Shown: positions 17,112-22,221 of the stretch, piece after piece | Layout: each line of letters starts with the position of its first letter | How positions within the stretch are numbered: position 1 is the first letter of the stretch | Origin: Chthonomonadales bacterium | GTDB lineage: Bacteria > Armatimonadota > Chthonomonadetes > Chthonomonadales > Chthonomonadaceae | NCBI GenBank assembly: GCA_038217285.1 | Contig: JBBQPO010000071.1 | Span: forward strand, 1-22,221 | DNA length: 22,221 nt | Reading direction: 5' to 3' | Program-made: the position numbers and the translations under genes | The notes under the pieces: model-generated | Told to the model about the DNA's origin: nothing | The model's database searches: none | Seen by the model: the letters and a program-made list of their open reading frames with translations, nothing else

Positions 17112-17378
17112 AGTTACGATCCACTCCTCTCAGCGCGGCAAAGGCGCCGGTCTCCTTGCCGGTCGGCGTCCGCGGCGGGTTGACAATTTTGGGCAGGGGT
17201 AAGCCAGCCCGGTTGGGAACAATGCGGGGATAAAATGGCCATAACGGTGAAGACAATTCAACGTACTCCGCAGGAATCCTTCTTTTAAGGAACGGAAATC
17301 CTTCTTTTCGAGGAGATAAGAGGTATAAAACCGTTTCGTTCTACCTCGAAGAGGCGGAACCCCACTGTTGCCCCTGCT

Positions 17379-17387
17379 ATTATAGCA
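17379..17387 (-). promoter_or_regulatory. Extended -10 promoter element for rpsA
   Basis: TGcTATAAT on the minus strand (hexamer 17384-17379); no convincing -35 at 17 nt. Confidence 0.6.
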
Positions 17388-17470
17388 CGATTCCAGGCGT
17401 TTGAGACTCGATTCACCCGGAAACTTCTCAGAATGGGGCTGCACGGCCCAAAATGCCCCGATACGCGCCC

Positions 17471-18742
17471 CTATTCCGCCGTTTTTACGACCGAGGTTCG
17501 GGCCGGTTCCACCGGTGCGGCTGCGGTGAGCGACGGTCGGGAGGGCGGGTCATGGCGCAGGCGCAGCCAGTAACGTCGTATGATGATCCGCAGCAGCGAG
17601 GCGACCGGCGCGGCGAAGAACATCCCCAGCAGGGCGCCCAACTGGCCGCCGATCACGATGCCGCCCGTTTCGCCGCCGATCAGCAGCACCAGAATGATGA
17701 TGATCGGGTGGAGTTCCATCCGATCGCCGATCAGCATCGGCATGATGAACTTGCTCTCCACCAGGTGCAGCAGCGTGAAGAACCCCAGAACGGCCAGCGC
17801 GGTCGTGGTGCCTTTGGTGACCCAGGTGAGCAGAATGATGGGGATGCCGCCGATAATCGGCCCGATGATGGGAATGGCGCGGGTGATGCCGGCCAGGACT
17901 CCCATGGTGATGGGGTATTTGACGCCCAGAGCCGCGAGGCCGAGCCAGACGACGGCGCCTGCCAGCACACATAGGATGAACTGCCCGTAGACGAAATCAC
18001 GCATGATCCGATTGAACTGCCGCAGCAGACGTAAGATGTCCGGCAGATAGGGTTTGGGAACCAGCGCGACAAACTCGTGCTTGAGCTTGCGGCCATCGAT
18101 CAGAAAATAGAACGCCAGTACCGGCAGAAGAACGATCTCGACGATGCTCTTCAGGCTCTCGGCCACCCGGCGCAGAACCTCCTGGCCCGGCTCGACCAGG
18201 CGCTCGCCGAGGCTGCTCTTCTTGATATTGCCCAGCACCTTATCGGATTTCATGCCGTCCGGTGCAGACTGGTCGTAGCGACGCAGAGCGTCTTCCGTCA
18301 AGACCTGCAGCGGGCTTTTGCCGGAGAGAGCGTCTTTGGCCGTGACGCTCCGGAACTCCTCCACAAACGGCGTGAGAACCAGTTTGGCTCCCTGCCAGAC
18401 GATCAAGACGGTCAGCACGAAGACATAGAGGGTGGCATAGGCGCGCAGCGTGTGCTTTTTGGGAGCCTTGGCCCGCGCAGGGGTTTGCCGGATAAGCGCT
18501 GCCTTTATCCCATGGACCATGTTGCCAAGAGCGGTGTGCGCCTGCACGAAGAGCGGTCGGCCGACCAGCCACTCCACCAGGGGATCCAGCACATAGGCGA
18601 TAATCGCCGCGACCAACAGGGTGGTAAAGATGTTGCGCAGTCGGTAGCAGGCATAGAGCGCCACTGCGACCAGCGCGAGCCGCCATAACAGCCGCCACAC
18701 CCCGTTCACCAGCCCTTCCGAGCGATTGATCCAACCCGCCAT
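17471..18742 (-). CDS. AI-2E family (PerM/UPF0118) membrane transporter
   Basis: AAIIAYVLDPLVEWL, AFYFLIDGRKL, MRDFVYGQFIL, AIPIIGPIIG, ESKFIMPMLIGDRMELHPIIII, LLGMFFAAPVA; several hydrophobic helices. Confidence 0.93.
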   Translation of the reverse strand: MAGWINRSEGLVNGVWRLLWRLALVAVALYACYRLRNIFTTLLVAAIIAYVLDPLVEWLVGRPLFVQAHTALGNMVHGIKAALIRQTPARAKAPKKHTLRAYATLYVFVLTVLIVWQGAKLVLTPFVEEFRSVTAKDALSGKSPLQVLTEDALRRYDQSAPDGMKSDKVLGNIKKSSLGERLVEPGQEVLRRVAESLKSIVEIVLLPVLAFYFLIDGRKLKHEFVALVPKPYLPDILRLLRQFNRIMRDFVYGQFILCVLAGAVVWLGLAALGVKYPITMGVLAGITRAIPIIGPIIGGIPIILLTWVTKGTTTALAVLGFFTLLHLVESKFIMPMLIGDRMELHPIIIILVLLIGGETGGIVIGGQLGALLGMFFAAPVASLLRIIIRRYWLRLRHDPPSRPSLTAAAPVEPARTSVVKTAE

Positions 18743-18801
18743 TCTCTTTTATCCTTGCACACCGCGGTCGAGGCGGCGCTGTCTACCGAGGTCGCCCCGG
18801 A

Positions 18802-21321
18802 CTACATGCGACGCCGGCGCACCGGCTGGCGACGCACCGTGCCGGGCTTCGCGGAGCCGGGCGCTTCCTCGTCCGAGGTGAAACCGATGGAAGAGGCGGA
18901 CCTCGGCGGAGTCACCAGCGGGCGATCTCCGGGCAGCAGGGTGTTCGGTCGCGCCGTCAGGCCGCTTTTCGGGCCGCTCAGAGCGCCCGAGGTCGTCAGG
19001 ATGCCGCCGGCGTCCTGCTGTTTCCAGAGCACCAGCAGCACGCTGGCGTTGAAGATCGAGGAGTAGGTCCCGCTCACGATACCGATCAACAGCGCCCCGA
19101 TAAACTGGTGGATGATCGCCCCACCGAAGAAGAACAGGGCGAGCAGCGTCAGGATGACGGTAAACGAGGTGTTCAGCGACCGGGCGATGGTCTGGTCGAT
19201 ACTGCGGTCAGCCAGATCGCTGAAGTTTTCGCCCTTCAGTCGGTGCGCCAGATTCTCCCGCATACGGTCGAAGATAATGATCGTATCGTGAACGGAGAAG
19301 CCGATCACGGTCAGCATGGCGGTGACGAACAGGCTGTCGATCTGCCATTTGAAGATATACCCCAGGATGGCGAACGATCCCCAGACGACCAGGACATCGT
19401 GCAGCAGCGCGGCCACCGCGCAGAGGCCATATTTGAGCCCCTCTTTGAAGCCGCCGATAGAGAAGCGGAACGCCAGAAAAAGAACGATCAGCAGCGAAGC
19501 GACCAGAACGGCCTCGATCGCGTCGTGGGTCAACTCCAGGCTGATCGTTCCACTGACATCGGAGAAGCCGACATCCGACGCGTTCCGGTTCTGCGCCAGG
19601 GGTCCCACTCTGTCGATAAGCGCCTGAATAACCTTGGGGCGCTCCTCGAGCGAAAGCCGGGTGGTCGTGACGAAAGCAGGCTTGGAGTTCAGATCCTCGC
19701 TGACCACGACCCGACTGTCCGCGTAGCGTGGGTTGATGCCGATCAGGGCTTTCTGTATCTCGTCGGAAGTGTGGCGTGTGGCGAACGGAATGTTCAGCTC
19801 TGTGCCGCCCTGGAAGTCGATACTCTTCTTGATGCCGCCCATTGCCCAGAAGATCATGCCGGGGACGATGACGATGCCGGACAGCCCGAGCCAGAACATC
19901 TTGCGGCTCATGACGCGCAGCTTCGGGGTCCACTGCACATTGAGGCCGTAGGCGGCAGGGTTCTGCGCGCCGCCCATGCCGACGAGCGCGAACAGGAAGG
20001 TGCGGGTCACGGTGATAGCCGTAAACATACTGACCGCGACGCCGATACCGAGCGTCAGCGCGAAGCCTTTGATCGGCCCGGTTCCGAAATAGTAGAGAAC
20101 GGAGCAGGTGATCAGAGTACAGGCGTTCGAGTCGAAGATGGCCGTAAAGGCGCGTTTGAACCCGGTGTCGATGGCGACGCGGAGGGTCTTACCGGTTCTC
20201 AACTCCTCTTTCACGCGCTCGAAAATCAGAATATTGGCGTCTACCGCCATGCCGATGGAGAGGATAAATCCGGCGATACCCGGCAGGGTGAGCGTGACAG
20301 GCCAGAGTTTGAACAGCGCAAAGGAGAAGAGCGTGTAGAGGATCAGCGCCACGTTTGCGATCGCGCCGGGCAGGCGATAGTAGATCAGCATGAAGAACAG
20401 CACCAGGCTCAGTCCGACGGCGCCGGCGATGGTCGTGGCCTTCACGGCCTCCGCCCCCAGGGTGGCCTCCAGCTTGCGGGTCTCCAGAATATCGAGCGGC
20501 ACGGGAAGCGCACCGGCGTTCAACTGTTCCGACAGCGCCTTCGCGCTCTCCAGGGTAAAGTTGCCTTCGATGATGCCCTTGCCGGGAATCGGTCCCTTGA
20601 TGGTCGGGGCCGTCAGCAGTTTGCCGTCCAGAAACACGGCGAGAAAGTCCCCGGTATGCGAGGGAACGCGCGTAAACTCATCGAAGATGCGTCCGCCTTC
20701 CGAGTTGAACTCGAACTGGATTACGGGCGACCCTGTGCCCTGAATAATGGCCTCGCTGTTGGGCAGCAGATCCTTACCGCTTACAAGAGGATCTTTGCTG
20801 AACACCTGTGCATCCAGAACCGCCCTTGAAATGGGCTGGCCTGTGGCAACATCGACAAGGACCTCGTCCGTGCTGACAGAAGTCTTGTCGGTTACCTTGC
20901 CCACTTTCCAGATGCTGGAGCGCGTTCCGTTCTCGTTGCCGAGTTGCGGCAGCCAGTAGAACTGTAGATTGGCGGTCGACTTGAACTGATCGAGTGCTTC
21001 CTGTTCATTCTTCAGCCCCGGCAACTCGACAATGATCTGATCCGGAAGCTTCGTGATCAGAAGCGGCTCGGCAACGCCGGTCGCGTTCACACGCTTGTCC
21101 AGGATGTTGCGAATGGCCTCCAGCTTTTCCGGGGTCCATTTGCCGCCTTTATACTCTTCGGTCCGGGCGCGCAGGATGACGCGTACCCCACCCCGGATGT
21201 CGAGCCCATACTTCGGCGAGATGTCGAAACCGAACAGCCGATGGTTGAACGCGATCACAGCGGCGCAAACCGTCAAGACCAGGATAGTGGCGAGCAGTAT
21301 CCTATTCTGATTACCAGTCAA
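18802..21321 (-). CDS. secDF: Fused protein translocase subunit SecDF
   Basis: SecD motifs YGLDIRGG, RVNATGVAEP, QIIVELPG, LNAGALPVPL, GMAVDANILIFERVKEE; SecF motifs SIDFQGGT, GFSVHDTIIIFDRMREN, RSLNTS, GTYSSIFNAS in one frame. TTG 21321 is better spaced from GGGAGG (21328-21333) than GTG 21324. Confidence 0.96.
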   Translation of the reverse strand: MTGNQNRILLATILVLTVCAAVIAFNHRLFGFDISPKYGLDIRGGVRVILRARTEEYKGGKWTPEKLEAIRNILDKRVNATGVAEPLLITKLPDQIIVELPGLKNEQEALDQFKSTANLQFYWLPQLGNENGTRSSIWKVGKVTDKTSVSTDEVLVDVATGQPISRAVLDAQVFSKDPLVSGKDLLPNSEAIIQGTGSPVIQFEFNSEGGRIFDEFTRVPSHTGDFLAVFLDGKLLTAPTIKGPIPGKGIIEGNFTLESAKALSEQLNAGALPVPLDILETRKLEATLGAEAVKATTIAGAVGLSLVLFFMLIYYRLPGAIANVALILYTLFSFALFKLWPVTLTLPGIAGFILSIGMAVDANILIFERVKEELRTGKTLRVAIDTGFKRAFTAIFDSNACTLITCSVLYYFGTGPIKGFALTLGIGVAVSMFTAITVTRTFLFALVGMGGAQNPAAYGLNVQWTPKLRVMSRKMFWLGLSGIVIVPGMIFWAMGGIKKSIDFQGGTELNIPFATRHTSDEIQKALIGINPRYADSRVVVSEDLNSKPAFVTTTRLSLEERPKVIQALIDRVGPLAQNRNASDVGFSDVSGTISLELTHDAIEAVLVASLLIVLFLAFRFSIGGFKEGLKYGLCAVAALLHDVLVVWGSFAILGYIFKWQIDSLFVTAMLTVIGFSVHDTIIIFDRMRENLAHRLKGENFSDLADRSIDQTIARSLNTSFTVILTLLALFFFGGAIIHQFIGALLIGIVSGTYSSIFNASVLLVLWKQQDAGGILTTSGALSGPKSGLTARPNTLLPGDRPLVTPPRSASSIGFTSDEEAPGSAKPGTVRRQPVRRRRM

Positions 21322-21485
21322 CACGGACCTCCCAGGAGAACTTTACGGGCTAAATTTGAAATAAGTGCGGGGTTAGTGAGTCGGGTCTTCCTCGGAACCG
21401 AAAACTTCGGGGACGGGGCGGCGGGTCGGCAGACAGGCCGGAGGCGCGGAGACACCCGTTGGCCCTGCGCATGGAGACTTCCTCT

Positions 21486-21515
21486 ATTATATGTCCCGTA
21501 TGCCCTCATTGTCAA
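21486..21515 (-). promoter_or_regulatory. Consensus sigma70 promoter for secDF
   Basis: TTGACA (21515-21510), 18-nt spacer, TATAAT (21491-21486). Confidence 0.85.
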
Positions 21516-21603
21516 GCCGTGCCTGTCAGTGCCGCCCGTTTCTTCCTCACTGCCTTCCCGTCGACCGCGTCTAACCTCGAAATTTCCGCCCCTTTCGCGT
21601 CGT

Positions 21604-22082
21604 CTACCAGTGGTTTTTGCCTGCCACGACGTCGCCAACACTGTTCTGATTGACGAAGTAACGGGCGTTCGGATTGGAACTCCTCGCCTGTCTGGGGTCG
21701 TCGATAGGCGTACCGCCATCATCTTTGCCATCCGGGCCGACGCTGTAGAGAACGTAACTCTCGCCCTTGAGGTGATACTTGAACGTTTCCTGTACGCCAA
21801 AAGGGTCGTCCGGAAGCTTCTTCAGATACGAAGGCGCAAGTTCGGGCAACAATTCCGGGTAATGACCGTGTTCCAGCCGAAAAGCGTGGAGCGCCAGCGC
21901 GAGGAGCAGCAAACCGTTCTGGGTTTCGCTCTCGACATCCTTGAGTTGGCTCTGCGTAAAGACGGGCAGCAGAGAGCGATTAATTGGATCCGTCGGCAGG
22001 CGCGGCGGAGGCAAATGAAGGCCGTACGGCTGCCGTGCCAATTGGGAGTTCTCGTCCATATACGTCGTATAGTTGTTCATGA
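21604..22082 (-). pseudogene. 3' remnant of a hypothetical gene with GspG/T2SSG-like C-terminal motif, interrupted by an IS66-family element
   Basis: LLLLALALHAFRLEHGHYPELLPELAPSYLKKLPDDPFG...YVLYSVGPDGKDDGG is a C-terminal motif; no RBS, signal or prepilin leader; in-frame TAA two codons upstream of ATG 22080 lies inside the IS terminus. Confidence 0.75.
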
Positions 22083-22221
22083 GTTACTGTCTAGCCTGGA
22101 GCGACAGGCTCGGGCGATCCCCGAAAGACGCCTTCCAGAGCGGTCAGGATATTCTTGCCCTGTTTGCGTAATGTCGAGAGATAACTGCGCAGACGACAGA
22201 AACCCTCGGCACCCGGCAAGG
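22083..22221 (-). mobile_element. Right end of an IS66-family insertion sequence (ISBst12-like group), continuing beyond the window
   Basis: Transposase C-terminus followed at once by GGCTAGACAGTAAC (read inward GTTACTGTCTAGCC), similar to the GTAACT-type ends I recall for this group. Confidence 0.75.
22091..22221 (-). CDS. IS66 family transposase, C-terminal 42 aa (5'-partial)
   Basis: Manual translation LPGAEGFCRLRSYLSTLRKQGKNILTALEGVFRGSPEPVAPG* matches the IS66 C-terminal pattern GAxxFCRxRSYxSTxRKQG; not in the ORF track. Confidence 0.8.
   Translation of the reverse strand, partial: LPGAEGFCRLRSYLSTLRKQGKNILTALEGVFRGSPEPVAPG

Noticed and set aside
19108-20829. 573-aa plus-strand ORF
   Set aside because: Antisense shadow of secDF
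21604-22080. gspG / type II secretion operon
   Set aside because: No prepilin GFTLxE leader and no other T2SS genes; only the C-terminal motif is shared

Overview
GC-rich bacterial DNA with every credible gene on the minus strand; the protein architectures suggest Armatimonadota (inference only). Read in transcription order (right to left): (i) the 3' end of an IS66-family transposase and its right terminus, inserted into and truncating a gene with a GspG-like C-terminus; (ii) housekeeping genes: fused secDF behind a perfect sigma70 promoter, an AI-2E family permease, a four-domain rpsA and coaE; (iii) a ~14.6 kb cluster of four large secreted proteins behind a strong sigma70 promoter and a ~365-nt structured leader. 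The four are a ~2013-aa TolB/PD40 propeller + carboxypeptidase-regulatory-like repeat protein, a 747-aa CsgG/FlgT-like protein with a Gly-rich FN3-like region, a ~1058-aa S8 subtilase, and a >701-aa protein that runs off the left edge and is missing from the ORF track. Three of the four share a C-terminal module (~480 aa where complete, with a GWNx[IV]xxP motif), and the two complete copies end in a FlgD-Ig-like domain with R-x-I-x-P-L-T-[IV]-x-R. All four have Gln right after the predicted signal cleavage site, and every intergenic spacer is strongly hairpin-forming. The best candidate for an undescribed system is this cluster: a possible C-terminal-tag export or surface-assembly system with RNA-level stoichiometry control. 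All domain calls are by-eye motif recognition; no searches were run.
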